A stretch of 64,000 bases of DNA, taken from NCBI GenBank assembly GCA_963976765.1, contig CAXBME010000002.1, positions 310,001 through 374,000 on the forward strand, given 5' to 3'. The position numbers and the translations under genes were made by a program. Shown one piece after another: positions 41,437 to 51,928 of the stretch. Origin of the DNA: an uncultured Planctomycetaceae bacterium (GTDB lineage: Bacteria; Planctomycetota; Planctomycetia; Planctomycetales; Planctomycetaceae). The notes beneath the pieces were generated by a model. The model worked only from the letters and a program-made list of their open reading frames with translations, ran no database searches and was not told the DNA's origin. Positions within the stretch are counted from its first letter, which is position 1, and every line of letters starts with the position of its first letter.

Positions 41437-41820
41437 GATTCATGCTTTCCGAGTGGCGAATTGCGAGTCGCAGGTCAGATTCCGCCTGACAAGATCAAAG
41501 TGTCGGCAAACCGGTCCAGTGTCTACACGCGGCACAGACGAATCAAGTTGCCGCCTTCACTGCTTGAAACAAGTGCAGAGGTTTAGAAAACTCTACCGAA
41601 TCGACGTCGACCGAATCCGGCTAATCGTTTCAGAATAAACGTCCGGCGTAACGCTTTCGACCGGTCGCCCTCAGAATCCAACTGAAAAGCTCATCACGCG
41701 ATCGAATTACGTTTGCCCGGCTCTGTGCTCAAAATGTCCAGCCACCACTACAGTCCTTGACGCATATTTACGGCGGAATCTGCTCAATCGCCTTTTACCA
41801 TGAAACCAGGCTGACGAATC

Positions 41821-42300
41821 ATGCGTCCAAATCTCGTTTATTCCCGGATTGGTTCGGCCTTCGTGCTACTTGCCGTTGCGGCGGCAGGATGTGGCGGCGG
41901 AGACGGCCTTGAACGAGTCGCGGTCAGCGGCTCGGTGACAATGAACGGTGAACCGGTTCCCAACGGCGTCGTGCGTTTCAGACCGGCAGAGGGAACTGAA
42001 GGGCCGATGGCCAACACCATGATTACCGACGGTCGATACGATATTCCAGGCACTCACGGACCGGTTCCGGGCAACTACGATGTCCAGGTTCTGGCTTACG
42101 AAGACCCCGGCTCGGCGGCGCCATCGACGACTTCGGCTCGACCAGCCGTCGCCAGCGACAAGCTTGGGCCGAAGACCTCGACCGACGATTCGGACAGTGA
42201 AGCCGTTCCCGTCGCACCGCAAGCTCCGAATGAATCAAAGCGAACCTTCAATGTGACGATCCCCGAACTTCCCTCTTTCGAGCAGGACTTCGCTCTTTAG
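41821..42300 (+). CDS. Planctomycete lipoprotein with carboxypeptidase-regulatory-like beta-sandwich (DUF1559-associated)
   Basis: Lipobox AAGC, VSGSVTMNGEPV…GVVRF and GPVPGNY. Confidence 0.8.
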   Translation: MRPNLVYSRIGSAFVLLAVAAAGCGGGDGLERVAVSGSVTMNGEPVPNGVVRFRPAEGTEGPMANTMITDGRYDIPGTHGPVPGNYDVQVLAYEDPGSAAPSTTSARPAVASDKLGPKTSTDDSDSEAVPVAPQAPNESKRTFNVTIPELPSFEQDFAL

Positions 42301-42466
42301 GAAACGCATCATTTTCTTCAGCGGCCGATTTCACGAGCGACCGAATGAAAACGACGTGTGCCACTGACTTTGCCGGTGGCACACACCTTGACCGACAACT
42401 TAAACAATCCGGCTGTCAGAAAAATTCATCACTGCATCATCCACAGCCATTATTCTGAGATTCACA

Positions 42467-43366
42467 ATGAAACAATCGACTCGCCGAGGATTCACGCTGA
42501 TCGAGCTGCTGGTTGTCATCGCAATTATCGCAATCCTGGTAGCGCTGCTGCTTCCCGCTGTTCAGCAGGCAAGGTCCGCCGCTCGGCGTTCGCAATGCAA
42601 GAACAATCTGAAGCAGATCGGCGTCGCGATGCACAACTATCACGAAACGCTGAACGTTCTTCCGATGGGCAGCCACGTTCGAGGCTCGTCGTGGGGAAGT
42701 CTGGTTTACCTGCTGCCTTACATGGAGCAGGCTCAGGCTTACGAAACTGTCGACTTCGAAGTGTCCGACTGTTGCGCGATGGTCAAAGCTTACCAGGCCA
42801 TGTCACCGGCTTTGCCGGAGCCGCAGTCACTGCAACTCCCGGCGCTGGTCTGCCCGTCTGATCCAAACACTGGCCGGGAATTGTTGTCTGGACCGACAGG
42901 CCCGGTTCCCGGCACCGGAGACTGCGGGCGGCTGATCCCTGGCAACTACCTGGGAGTATCAGGCGACACCGGTAACAGTTATCCCGCCTGCTTCACCATG
43001 CACACGACCAATGGCTCAGGAGTTTATTACTCGCAGAGTTCCACGCGGTTTCGAGACATCACCGACGGAACATCCAACACCCTGGCTTTCGGCGAACGAG
43101 GATTACCCAAAGAACTGGGTTGGGGCTGGGTAAAATGCGGCGGCAGTGAATGCGAACAGTACCTCAGTGTCGAAGCCGGTCTGATCCCACCTCAGAACGC
43201 GAACTCAAACGCCGTAAACATCTCCAGTTTCTGGAGCTGGCATGAAAGCGGCGCCCACTTCCTGATGGCCGACGGCTCCGTTCACTTCCTGAACCTCAGC
43301 ATCTCTCAATCCACTCTCGAAGCCCTCTCCACCCGCAGCGGCGAAGAACAACAGGGAGCTTTCTGA
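42467..43366 (+). CDS. DUF1559 prepilin-type N-terminal cleavage protein
   Basis: [45 protein letters not shown] and [14 protein letters not shown] (H-X9-DG). Confidence 0.93.
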   Translation: MKQSTRRGFTLIELLVVIAIIAILVALLLPAVQQARSAARRSQCKNNLKQIGVAMHNYHETLNVLPMGSHVRGSSWGSLVYLLPYMEQAQAYETVDFEVSDCCAMVKAYQAMSPALPEPQSLQLPALVCPSDPNTGRELLSGPTGPVPGTGDCGRLIPGNYLGVSGDTGNSYPACFTMHTTNGSGVYYSQSSTRFRDITDGTSNTLAFGERGLPKELGWGWVKCGGSECEQYLSVEAGLIPPQNANSNAVNISSFWSWHESGAHFLMADGSVHFLNLSISQSTLEALSTRSGEEQQGAF

Positions 43367-43421
43367 ACCGCTCTGTGTAGAACCATTCCTCACGCCCGAG
43401 TCCCCGAGAAACGGAGTTCCA

Positions 43422-44405
43422 GTGAAGCCTGCCCGCCTTGTTATTGTCATCTTCGCTCTGAGTCCCCTGCTCTTCGGAACCGTGTCTGCACAGCAGAACG
43501 CCGGTCAGAAAGGCAAACAGAAAGAGAAACCGCCAACCGGCCCGTCGATTGTCTGGGTGAATGAGCAGGGCGATAAGGAACTTCCGACAGGAGTCACTCA
43601 TCGGACATTTCACAGCAAAGCGGCCGGGCAGGACGTGGGGTATTGCCTCTATCTACCGCCGGGGTATGACGACGAGGCAAACAAGGATCGGCGTTACCCG
43701 GTGATCTACAACCTGCACGGCAACGGCGGGAACGAGTTTCACAGTTTTGAAGACGTCGAGGTTCTGCACGAAGGCATTGTCGCTGGCAAATGGCCGCCGA
43801 TGATCGTCGTTCTGCCGAACGGTGGCAAAAGCACGTTCTACAAAGACTCGTACGACGGACGGTTTCCGATCGAGACGATGTTTATCAGGGAAATGATTCC
43901 TTACATCGACGAGACCTGTCGCACCATCGCCGCTCGGCATGGGCGATGCATCGAAGGCTTCTCGATGGGCGGTCGAGGCTCGACGCGGCTGGCGATCAAG
44001 TATCCCGACCTGTTCTGCTCGCTGTTCTGTCAGGCGGGCAATGTTCCTCGCACTTCGGAAAACTTTGACCCATCGATGCCGGATGTTTATCCCAATAATT
44101 TTCTGGGACCAGACATCCAGAATTACATCGACAACGACGTGTTCAAACTGCTCGAAAAGAACAAGTGGAAGGTCAAACGCGGGTTGCGAATTCTGATCGC
44201 CTGCGGAACGAAAGACGGAGGCCACTTGCCAACTGTTCGAGACTTTCACGCAGCCCTTGTCGAACACAACATCGATCACACCTACATCGAACTCGAAGGC
44301 CTCGGCCACCGCCGCACCGAAATGCTCAAAACCCTCCGCCCGATCTGGTTCGACTATCACGTCGAATCACTCCGTCGCGCCGCGACAGAATACGAAAACC
44401 GCTAA
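43422..44405 (+). CDS. Secreted alpha/beta-hydrolase (esterase family)
   Basis: Signal peptide, YLPPGY, RYPVIYNLHG, GFSMGG nucleophile elbow and GLGH. Confidence 0.85.
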   Translation: MKPARLVIVIFALSPLLFGTVSAQQNAGQKGKQKEKPPTGPSIVWVNEQGDKELPTGVTHRTFHSKAAGQDVGYCLYLPPGYDDEANKDRRYPVIYNLHGNGGNEFHSFEDVEVLHEGIVAGKWPPMIVVLPNGGKSTFYKDSYDGRFPIETMFIREMIPYIDETCRTIAARHGRCIEGFSMGGRGSTRLAIKYPDLFCSLFCQAGNVPRTSENFDPSMPDVYPNNFLGPDIQNYIDNDVFKLLEKNKWKVKRGLRILIACGTKDGGHLPTVRDFHAALVEHNIDHTYIELEGLGHRRTEMLKTLRPIWFDYHVESLRRAATEYENR

Positions 44406-44476
44406 CAGCAGGGTGGAGTCTTAACAAACCACTCCAATTCTGGTGCGTCGAGGCAAACCCGAAAACAAAATCACGA

Positions 44477-45511
44477 TCAAAGGCCGATGTAGCGAGCGTA
44501 GATGGCTCGGGCGAGGGCGGGTTCGTCGGTGCCTTTGATGATGGCTCGGCCGTCTTTGAAGAGCGTGATCTCGTAGTCGGGATCGGTCAGGGATACTCGA
44601 AGCAGAAACGCGTTCTGTGTGACCGTGCCCGATTCACGCAGCTTGCTGGCCATCTCGTCGAGCGACAATGCCGCTGGTTCCTGAGGACGGATTTGCACGG
44701 CATTGCGACCGCACAGGATCGTTGACTGAGAACCCTGCTGACCCGAGAGCCAGATTCGTTCTCCGTGTTTGCACGCGGCACAGTCGGCCTGCTCTCGAAG
44801 ATCGGACACGTTCATCTGGCGGAGCGTTCCGTCCCAGACGTCGATCATCGTCAGAGAAATCGCGACGTCTTCGCGGCGGCCGGCAAGAATTTTGATCGCG
44901 GTCATCGCCTGCAAGGATGCGATCACGTTGACCGTGGGGCCAAGGATGCCTGCCGTATCGCAGGTTTCTGTCGAACCGGCGTCGGGTGGAGAATCGATCA
45001 GGCAGCGCAGGCAGGCGGTTTCGTTCGGGAAGATGGGCATCGTCTGGCCGTGACTGCTGATGCAGCCGGCGTAGACCCAGGGGATGCCCGTCTCGAGTGA
45101 CAAATCGTTGATCAGAAATCGAATCTCGAAGTTGTCCGTGCCGTCGAGAATCAGGTCGACACCTTCGGCCAGCTGGCCAATGTTTGAGTATTCGACGTCG
45201 GCGACGACCGGTTCGATGGTGACATCGCTGTTGATTTTTTCGAGCTTCCTCGCGGCGGCGACGGACTTTGGAAGCTGGTTCTTAATGTCGTCTTCGTCGA
45301 AGAGGACCTGCCTCTGAAGATTGCTGAATTCGACAAAGTCTCGATCAACGATTCGCAGAAAACCGACACCTGCGCGTGTCAGAGTCTCCGCGAGAACCGT
45401 CCCCAGCGCTCCGCATCCGCAAAGCAGCACGCGGCTTTTCAGCAGGTTCCGCTGCCCTGCTTCGCCAAGCTGCGGAAAGCGGGTTTGTCGGCTGTAACGT
45501 TCGAGATTCAT
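44477..45511 (-). CDS. moeB: ThiF/MoeB-family adenylyltransferase
   Basis: RYSRQ, GCGALG, SNLQRQ, DGTDN, CLRC/CAAC zinc pairs and TCDTAG. Confidence 0.85.
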   Translation of the reverse strand: MNLERYSRQTRFPQLGEAGQRNLLKSRVLLCGCGALGTVLAETLTRAGVGFLRIVDRDFVEFSNLQRQVLFDEDDIKNQLPKSVAAARKLEKINSDVTIEPVVADVEYSNIGQLAEGVDLILDGTDNFEIRFLINDLSLETGIPWVYAGCISSHGQTMPIFPNETACLRCLIDSPPDAGSTETCDTAGILGPTVNVIASLQAMTAIKILAGRREDVAISLTMIDVWDGTLRQMNVSDLREQADCAACKHGERIWLSGQQGSQSTILCGRNAVQIRPQEPAALSLDEMASKLRESGTVTQNAFLLRVSLTDPDYEITLFKDGRAIIKGTDEPALARAIYARYIGL

Positions 45512-45547
45512 GCTGAAAGTTTACTTACTAATCTAACTGGCAAACGA

Positions 45548-46969
45548 TTACTGAACGGAGTCCTGAATCTTCCTGGCAACGCCTGCTTTGATCGCTGCTG
45601 CCGCGACGGCTTCGGCGACTGCAGGGGCAACTTTGCGGTTAAAGACGCTGGGAATGATATAGTCCGGGTGAAGCTCATCGTCGCTGATCACGCTGGCAAT
45701 GGCGACGGCGGCGGCCAGTTTCATGTCGTCCGTGACCGAGTGTGCCCGCACATCGAGCAGACCTCGGAACAGACCCGGAAAACACAGCACGTTGTTGCAC
45801 TGGTTGGGGTAATCCGACCGGCCAGTTGCCATGACTTTGACGAACGGCCCGGCGTCTTCAGGCATGATCTCGGGATCGGGGTTGGCGAGCGCAAAGACAA
45901 TCGCATCGTCAGCCATAGTCTGAACATCTTCGGGTGAAACCAGACCGGCAGCAGAGACTCCGATCAGAACGTCGGCTCCCTGAATCGCATCACTCAGCGA
46001 TCCGGTTTCGCCGCCGGAGTTTGTATTTTCGGCCAGCCAGTCTTTGACCGGGTTCATGCGGTCGGTACGGCCTTTGTAGATCGCTCCGGTGCGATCGCAG
46101 ACGACAATCTGTTCAACGCCAGCCAGCTTCAGCAGTTTGGCGATGGCCATACCGGCAGCTCCGGCACCGCTCATAGCGACTCGGATTTCGCCAGGCTTTT
46201 TGTTGACCACTTTCAACGCGTTGGTCAGAGCAGCCAGCACGACGATGGCTGTTCCATGCTGGTCATCGTGGAAGACTGGGATGTCGAGTTCTTCGTGCAG
46301 CCGTTGTTCGATCTCAACACATCTCGGCGACGAGATGTCTTCCAGGTTGATACCGCCAAACCCTGGGGCAATCAGCTTGCAGGTTTCGATGATCTTCTCA
46401 GGATCTTTCGTGTCGAGGCAGATCGGAAACGCGTCAACTCCAGCAAATTCTTTGAACAGCAGAGCTTTGCCTTCCATGACGGGCATGGCCGCTCGCGGGC
46501 CGATGTCGCCCAGCCCGAGCACCGCCGTTCCATCGGAAACAACGGCGACAGTGTTCTTTTTGATCGTGAGATTGTGAGCCGCTTCAGGGTCTTTGTGGAT
46601 GGCCAGGCAGACTCGCGCGACGCCCGGCGTGTAAGCCATCGAAAGGTCGTCGCGAGTTTTCACAGGGACTCGCGAGTTGACTTCAATTTTCCCGCCCAGA
46701 TGCATCAGGAACGTGCGATCCGAAACTTTCAGCACATCGACTTTTCCGTCGTCCTTCAGAACCTGAACGATCTTTTCGCCGTGCTCAACGTCGGACGTGT
46801 TGACTGTGAAATCGCGAGTGATCGCGTTCCCGCTGACGTCCACAATGTCGACCGCCCCGATCGAGCCACCGACGTCACCAATGATCGACGTGATGTGTCC
46901 CAACGCTCCGGCAGAATCAGGGTAGCGAAGTCGGACGGTGAGACTGTAAGACGGGCTAACAACTTTCAT
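45548..46969 (-). CDS. NAD(P)-dependent malic enzyme with N-terminal ACT domain
   Basis: YTPGVA, DGTAVLGLGDIG, VMEGK, NLEDI, FHDDQHGTA, GAGAAG and TGRSDYPNQ. Confidence 0.93.
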   Translation of the reverse strand: MKVVSPSYSLTVRLRYPDSAGALGHITSIIGDVGGSIGAVDIVDVSGNAITRDFTVNTSDVEHGEKIVQVLKDDGKVDVLKVSDRTFLMHLGGKIEVNSRVPVKTRDDLSMAYTPGVARVCLAIHKDPEAAHNLTIKKNTVAVVSDGTAVLGLGDIGPRAAMPVMEGKALLFKEFAGVDAFPICLDTKDPEKIIETCKLIAPGFGGINLEDISSPRCVEIEQRLHEELDIPVFHDDQHGTAIVVLAALTNALKVVNKKPGEIRVAMSGAGAAGMAIAKLLKLAGVEQIVVCDRTGAIYKGRTDRMNPVKDWLAENTNSGGETGSLSDAIQGADVLIGVSAAGLVSPEDVQTMADDAIVFALANPDPEIMPEDAGPFVKVMATGRSDYPNQCNNVLCFPGLFRGLLDVRAHSVTDDMKLAAAVAIASVISDDELHPDYIIPSVFNRKVAPAVAEAVAAAAIKAGVARKIQDSVQ

Positions 46970-47192
46970 GAGGTGATCCTGGAGAGCTGATTGGACATTC
47001 TGCGAGCGTGCAGCGGGATTGTTGGCTCGGCGAAGCTGATTTGCAAAGCTGGATCAATCTCGTTGGTGAGTCTCGTCAAACAGACTCGCAGGTCAGGCAC
47101 AGCCCGGACAGTGTCCGCTCACAAAACACAACCACGAAAGACGGCAACAAAGCGCGTCACGCGAAGCCAGCCTTCCGCGCCTGCACAGCAAC

Positions 47193-47228
47193 AAAAAAAG
47201 CCCCGGCTGCGCTGGGCAGCCGGGGCTT
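47193..47228 (-). terminator. Intrinsic terminator after RTX protein 1
   Basis: 13-bp stem aagccccggctgc/gcagccggggctt plus a U-run on the minus strand. Confidence 0.88.
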
Positions 47229-47602
47229 ATTGACTTTGTCGTCGTGTCACGCTCGTCGATCAGAAACCGTTGAGCAGAGCCAGTGCCTGAAGCACCGAAG
47301 TCTGGATGAGAAGGTTATTGTTGTCGAATTCGCCAGCATCCGGGCTGATGAGCACGTCGACGCCTTCACCGCCGTTGAACTGGTCGGTCGAACTGCCGCC
47401 GTTCAGCGAGTCGTCGCCTTCTTCTCCATAAAGTGAATCGACGCCCGCTCCGCCGAGCTGGTTGTCATTACCGTTCCCACCCAGCAGCGTGTCGGCACCG
47501 CTCATGCCGTTGAGCGTGTCGTTACCGTCGCCGCCCGCGACGATGTCGTCACCGTTTCCTGCATCGACATCGTCGTCACCGTCTCCGCCATCAATGATGT
47601 CG
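47194..47602. repeat. 409-bp perfect direct repeat, copy 1 (3' end and terminator of RTX gene 1)
   Basis: Identical base for base to 51520-51928 (offset 4326). Confidence 0.92.
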
Positions 47603-50600
47603 TTTCCGGCGTCGCCGAACACGATGTCGTTGCCGTCGCCGCCTTTGATCAGATCATTGTCGGCCTGACCTCGCAGTGTGTCGTCACCGGTGCCGCCGTT
47701 GAGTGAGTCATTGCCGCTGCCCCCGAGCAGTTTGTCGTTGTCCTGGTTACCGGCGAGCAGGTCGTCTCCCGCGTTACCGTTCAGAACGTCGTCACCAAAC
47801 CCGCCTGAGATCGTATCGTTGCCGTCATCCCCACCCAGCGTGTCATTGCCGAGGTTGCCCAGAACAAAGTCGTTCCCGGCACCACCTTGAATGGAATCGT
47901 TCCCGCTGTTGCCCAGCAGCGTATCGTTGCCGCCGTCGCCGAACAGGGTGTCGTTGCCGTCTCCCCCGTCGAAGAGATCATTGCCCAGGCCGCCGATGAG
48001 CGAGTCGTCACCGTTGTCACCGTTGATGGTGTCGTTGTTTCGCGACCCGGTAATCGTGTCGTTGCCATTTCCGCCGTTCAGACGCAGACGAACCTCACCA
48101 ATGTTGGCATCGACAGCCGTGATCGTGTCGTTGTCAGCCTGGCCATCAATATTGAGAACCAGTGCCCGCACGTCAGCGATCGTGCTGATCGTGATCGAGT
48201 CATCGCCGCTTCCGCCCAGCACGTTAACCGTCGATGTCGAGTTACTGACGGTGATGGAAGCTCCGCCTTCTCTGACACGAAGTCGTCCCGAATTACTGTC
48301 GACCGTGTAGACATTAACGTTCGCGTCACCCTGGATCGTGACTGTCTGCACGCCGGCAGAATCGACAAGCGTGTCGGCACCGTTTCCGATGCCGTTCCAG
48401 AGGACGGTGTCATTCCCGGAGCCAGTCGCAATAACGTCGTTGCCACCCTGACCGGCGATGGTGTCATCACCCGCTCCGCTGTCGATCGTGTCGTTACCGT
48501 CACCGCCCTGAATCGAATCATTGTCCGCCCCACCGCTGATGGAGTCGTTGCCCGATCCACCATTGATGAAGTCATCGCCGTTCTGAGCGATGATCGTGTC
48601 GTTACCAGTCCCGCCAAGCATGGTGTCAGCAGACGTGTCGATGTCATCGTTTGTGATCGTGGCGACACCGATCGGATTACCGAGAACAACCATCCCGGAA
48701 GGGTTCGAAAGCTGCAGAAAGAAGACCTCATCCGGTTCAGGAACAGAATCCGAGTTAATCGTGATGGTCACAGTCTGGCTTGTTTGCCCTGGTGCAAATG
48801 TAATCGTGCCCGAGTCCGCGACGTAGTCAACACCGGCAATTGCGCTCGAAGCAACTGTCGTGTAGTCGACGGTTGTGGCCGTCGTCTCAGCTGCTGACAG
48901 GGTAATGGTAAAGGTCGCATTAACTGTCCCGGAGTTTCCTTCAGTGATCGTCGGACTTGATGCGGAAACGAATGTCGGAGCCGGCGAAGGCTGAAACAAT
49001 AGCCCCGATACACCCGGAATCCCGGTATCTCCAATCAGCACCCCTGCGCCAGTCACCGGATCGATTTCGAAAAGCTCACTTCCAGAAGCTGCTATAAAAA
49101 TGTCACGGTCACTATCATACGCAAGAGCCGAGACTATTCCCGCCAGATCAATGCCAGTCGATCCGACGATCGTGATCTCTCGAGTATTCACGTCGATTCT
49201 GACAAGCGCATCATTGAGAATTGCGTCAACTCCCGTAGCCCCGAAGGGGATGATGCCGAACAGTTCATTGTTCCTGAAAGTCAGGCCGTCGTAATTTGGA
49301 TTACCCAGAACCGGCGTCCCATTCGTCAGAAGCGGTCCAAGGTTCACAGTTGCTGCGGTAACAGGATCAACCTGGTATAGATTCGGATTCGCCCCTCCAG
49401 CAAAGGCCATGTAAATAAGATCTGTAGTCAGGTCGTAGGCGAGATCGCCTTCTGACGCAGGGCCTGGAGAAGGATTGAGAGCAGCGATAACCGAGGCCGA
49501 CGCATTCACAGGATCAACCGAGAGCAATTGAGGCTGGGGAGACTGATTGAAACCGAAGATCGCAGTTCCCTGGCCGCGAGTCAGTCCGTTGAATTGATTG
49601 AAACCTGAGCTGCCAATCAATGTCGCCACAGCCGTTACCCGGTCAACTTCGTAGATATCACCTGTCGAGAAATCAGTCGCCACCAGGCGGAATCCGGCGT
49701 CGTCATCATTGATTGTTGCCTGTGCAAGCGGATCAAGGAGCGTGGCACCAACAGCGTTCGTGAGCACTCCGAAGAAGAATTCCGTTGCTTCAGTATTCAA
49801 GTCACCATTGACTCCCGTTGAGACGGTGACTGAAGTCTGGCCTGGCGTAAAAGTGATCAGGGAGTTTGTGACTTGAACGTAATCGCCGTCCGCGACCGTT
49901 GCCGCTCCGTCCAGTGTGGAGAAATTTGCCGTCACGGTTGATGTGCTGGCGGCTGAAAGAGTCACCGTGAACGTTGCCGTGACCGTACCTGAGTCGCCTT
50001 CCGTCACCGTTGCGGCATCAGAGATGGACAATGTCGGCAGGATGACAACTTCCTGTTCGAAAAGTAGATCGTCGCCGGTGCCGCCGTCCATGCTGTCGTT
50101 ACCGACTCCGCCGTCAAGTGTGTCGTCCCCGGAATGTCCTCGCAGCGTGTCATTGCCAGCCCCGCCGTCGAGCGAGTCGTTGCCGCTGCCGCCGTACAGT
50201 CGGTCAAGACCATCTTCACCAAACAAAGAGTCGTTGCCGCTTTGTCCGTTGATAATGTCGTCTCCGTCGCCGCCGAGCAGTGAATCTCTGCCACCGCCGC
50301 CGTAAGCCGTATCGTTGCCGGCGTCTCCCCTGACCGTGTCGTTGCCGGCCTGACCATTGACGATGTCGTTGCCGTCGCCGCCGTTGACGATGTCGTTTTC
50401 GGAGCCACCGAAGACAATGTCGTTATCTGCTCCGCCGTCCAGAACGTCCGCTCCCGAACTGCCATTCACGAAGTCCGCTCCGGCTCCACCATCGACCGTG
50501 TCGGCCCCGTCGCCAGCATTGATGCTGTCATCGCCGTCGCCGCCAAGAACAGAGTCGTTGCCGTTGCCCGCATCGATGGTGTCGTTGCCTGAGCCGCCGT

Positions 50601-51162
50601 CAATGGTGTCCTGGCCGTCGTCACCGTCGATCCGGTCGGCACCGGCACCGGCGATGATTGAATCGTTGCCGTCGCCACCGTCGATGGTGTCGTCGCCGTT
50701 TCCTGCGATGATCGTGTCGTTGCCGTCGTTGCCGTCGATCATCTCACCGAATTCATCGCTGCCGATGATCGTGTCGTCACCGTCACCTGCTTCGATGGTG
50801 ATTGACGTCAAAGCGGAGAACTCTGAAGCGGTGACACGACTCACGTCGATCCTGTTGTCCGAGTCGTCTGAGAAGATATTGAGCACCGTGACGGTGTTAG
50901 CCTGAATTGAGGGGATCGTCAAAACTGGTTGCTGGTTGGCATCCAGAACTTCGACGTTGCCGGACGTTGCGTTTCGCTGAACGGTCACGCTGTCGCCATC
51001 GTCGGCGAAGATGGACAGCTCCGTGGCATTGATCAGAACGCCGGCGGTCGTCAGCAGCGTTCGTCGTTCAAGCATTTCCGTCTGTTGCGAAGGTCCTGGT
51101 CGACGATTTGATCGAGACGGACGGCGATTCTGCAGACGTGTCAACCAGTGGGTAATTCGCAT
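47260..51162 (-). CDS. RTX-repeat calcium-binding surface protein with two Calx-beta domains and a central beta-propeller-like domain
   Basis: N-terminal [10 protein letters not shown] (planctomycete extracellular motif), many GGxGxD repeats and Calx-beta motifs (EGDSG…FTVTLS…DY…FTPGQT). Confidence 0.88.
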   Translation of the reverse strand: MRITHWLTRLQNRRPSRSNRRPGPSQQTEMLERRTLLTTAGVLINATELSIFADDGDSVTVQRNATSGNVEVLDANQQPVLTIPSIQANTVTVLNIFSDDSDNRIDVSRVTASEFSALTSITIEAGDGDDTIIGSDEFGEMIDGNDGNDTIIAGNGDDTIDGGDGNDSIIAGAGADRIDGDDGQDTIDGGSGNDTIDAGNGNDSVLGGDGDDSINAGDGADTVDGGAGADFVNGSSGADVLDGGADNDIVFGGSENDIVNGGDGNDIVNGQAGNDTVRGDAGNDTAYGGGGRDSLLGGDGDDIINGQSGNDSLFGEDGLDRLYGGSGNDSLDGGAGNDTLRGHSGDDTLDGGVGNDSMDGGTGDDLLFEQEVVILPTLSISDAATVTEGDSGTVTATFTVTLSAASTSTVTANFSTLDGAATVADGDYVQVTNSLITFTPGQTSVTVSTGVNGDLNTEATEFFFGVLTNAVGATLLDPLAQATINDDDAGFRLVATDFSTGDIYEVDRVTAVATLIGSSGFNQFNGLTRGQGTAIFGFNQSPQPQLLSVDPVNASASVIAALNPSPGPASEGDLAYDLTTDLIYMAFAGGANPNLYQVDPVTAATVNLGPLLTNGTPVLGNPNYDGLTFRNNELFGIIPFGATGVDAILNDALVRIDVNTREITIVGSTGIDLAGIVSALAYDSDRDIFIAASGSELFEIDPVTGAGVLIGDTGIPGVSGLLFQPSPAPTFVSASSPTITEGNSGTVNATFTITLSAAETTATTVDYTTVASSAIAGVDYVADSGTITFAPGQTSQTVTITINSDSVPEPDEVFFLQLSNPSGMVVLGNPIGVATITNDDIDTSADTMLGGTGNDTIIAQNGDDFINGGSGNDSISGGADNDSIQGGDGNDTIDSGAGDDTIAGQGGNDVIATGSGNDTVLWNGIGNGADTLVDSAGVQTVTIQGDANVNVYTVDSNSGRLRVREGGASITVSNSTSTVNVLGGSGDDSITISTIADVRALVLNIDGQADNDTITAVDANIGEVRLRLNGGNGNDTITGSRNNDTINGDNGDDSLIGGLGNDLFDGGDGNDTLFGDGGNDTLLGNSGNDSIQGGAGNDFVLGNLGNDTLGGDDGNDTISGGFGDDVLNGNAGDDLLAGNQDNDKLLGGSGNDSLNGGTGDDTLRGQADNDLIKGGDGNDIVFGDAGNDIIDGGDGDDDVDAGNGDDIVAGGDGNDTLNGMSGADTLLGGNGNDNQLGGAGVDSLYGEEGDDSLNGGSSTDQFNGGEGVDVLISPDAGEFDNNNLLIQTSVLQALALLNGF

Positions 51163-51519
51163 GACGTTTGCTCCTGATGCTCAATGTCGGATCGAGGGCA
51201 TCGCTTTGCGGTCGACGCAAGCTTCAGCGGGTTCAGCCGCGTGTACTTGTTCAGCCGATTGATGCCACGGTGTGGGATAGTGGTTTGTTGGGGCGTGTTC
51301 TGCGGGTTGGTTGCGCTACGGCAACAAACCCGCTCAGATAACCTGGTTCGAGTTTCGTGACGCCGCTGACTTTCCTGCCAAAGTGGACAGAATTCCTGAC
51401 ACTTCAATTCGCTCAGCCGTGACAACCCGCACTCACCTCCCATACCCCACCTTCCAGCATCCACAGTTCAGGCTCTGCCGGGCAAAGCCAGCCCTGCCTT
51501 CCGGACCTGCACAGCAACG

Positions 51520-51554
51520 AAAAAAGCCCCGGCTGCGCTGGGCAGCCGGGGCTT
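51520..51554 (-). terminator. Intrinsic terminator after RTX protein 2
   Basis: Same 13-bp stem and U-run as at 47193-47228. Confidence 0.88.
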
Positions 51555-51928
51555 ATTGACTTTGTCGTCGTGTCACGCTCGTCGATCAGAAACCGTTGAG
51601 CAGAGCCAGTGCCTGAAGCACCGAAGTCTGGATGAGAAGGTTATTGTTGTCGAATTCGCCAGCATCCGGGCTGATGAGCACGTCGACGCCTTCACCGCCG
51701 TTGAACTGGTCGGTCGAACTGCCGCCGTTCAGCGAGTCGTCGCCTTCTTCTCCATAAAGTGAATCGACGCCCGCTCCGCCGAGCTGGTTGTCATTACCGT
51801 TCCCACCCAGCAGCGTGTCGGCACCGCTCATGCCGTTGAGCGTGTCGTTACCGTCGCCGCCCGCGACGATGTCGTCACCGTTTCCTGCATCGACATCGTC
51901 GTCACCGTCTCCGCCATCAATGATGTCG
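51520..51928. repeat. 409-bp perfect direct repeat, copy 2 (3' end and terminator of RTX gene 2)
   Basis: Identical to 47194-47602. Confidence 0.92.
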
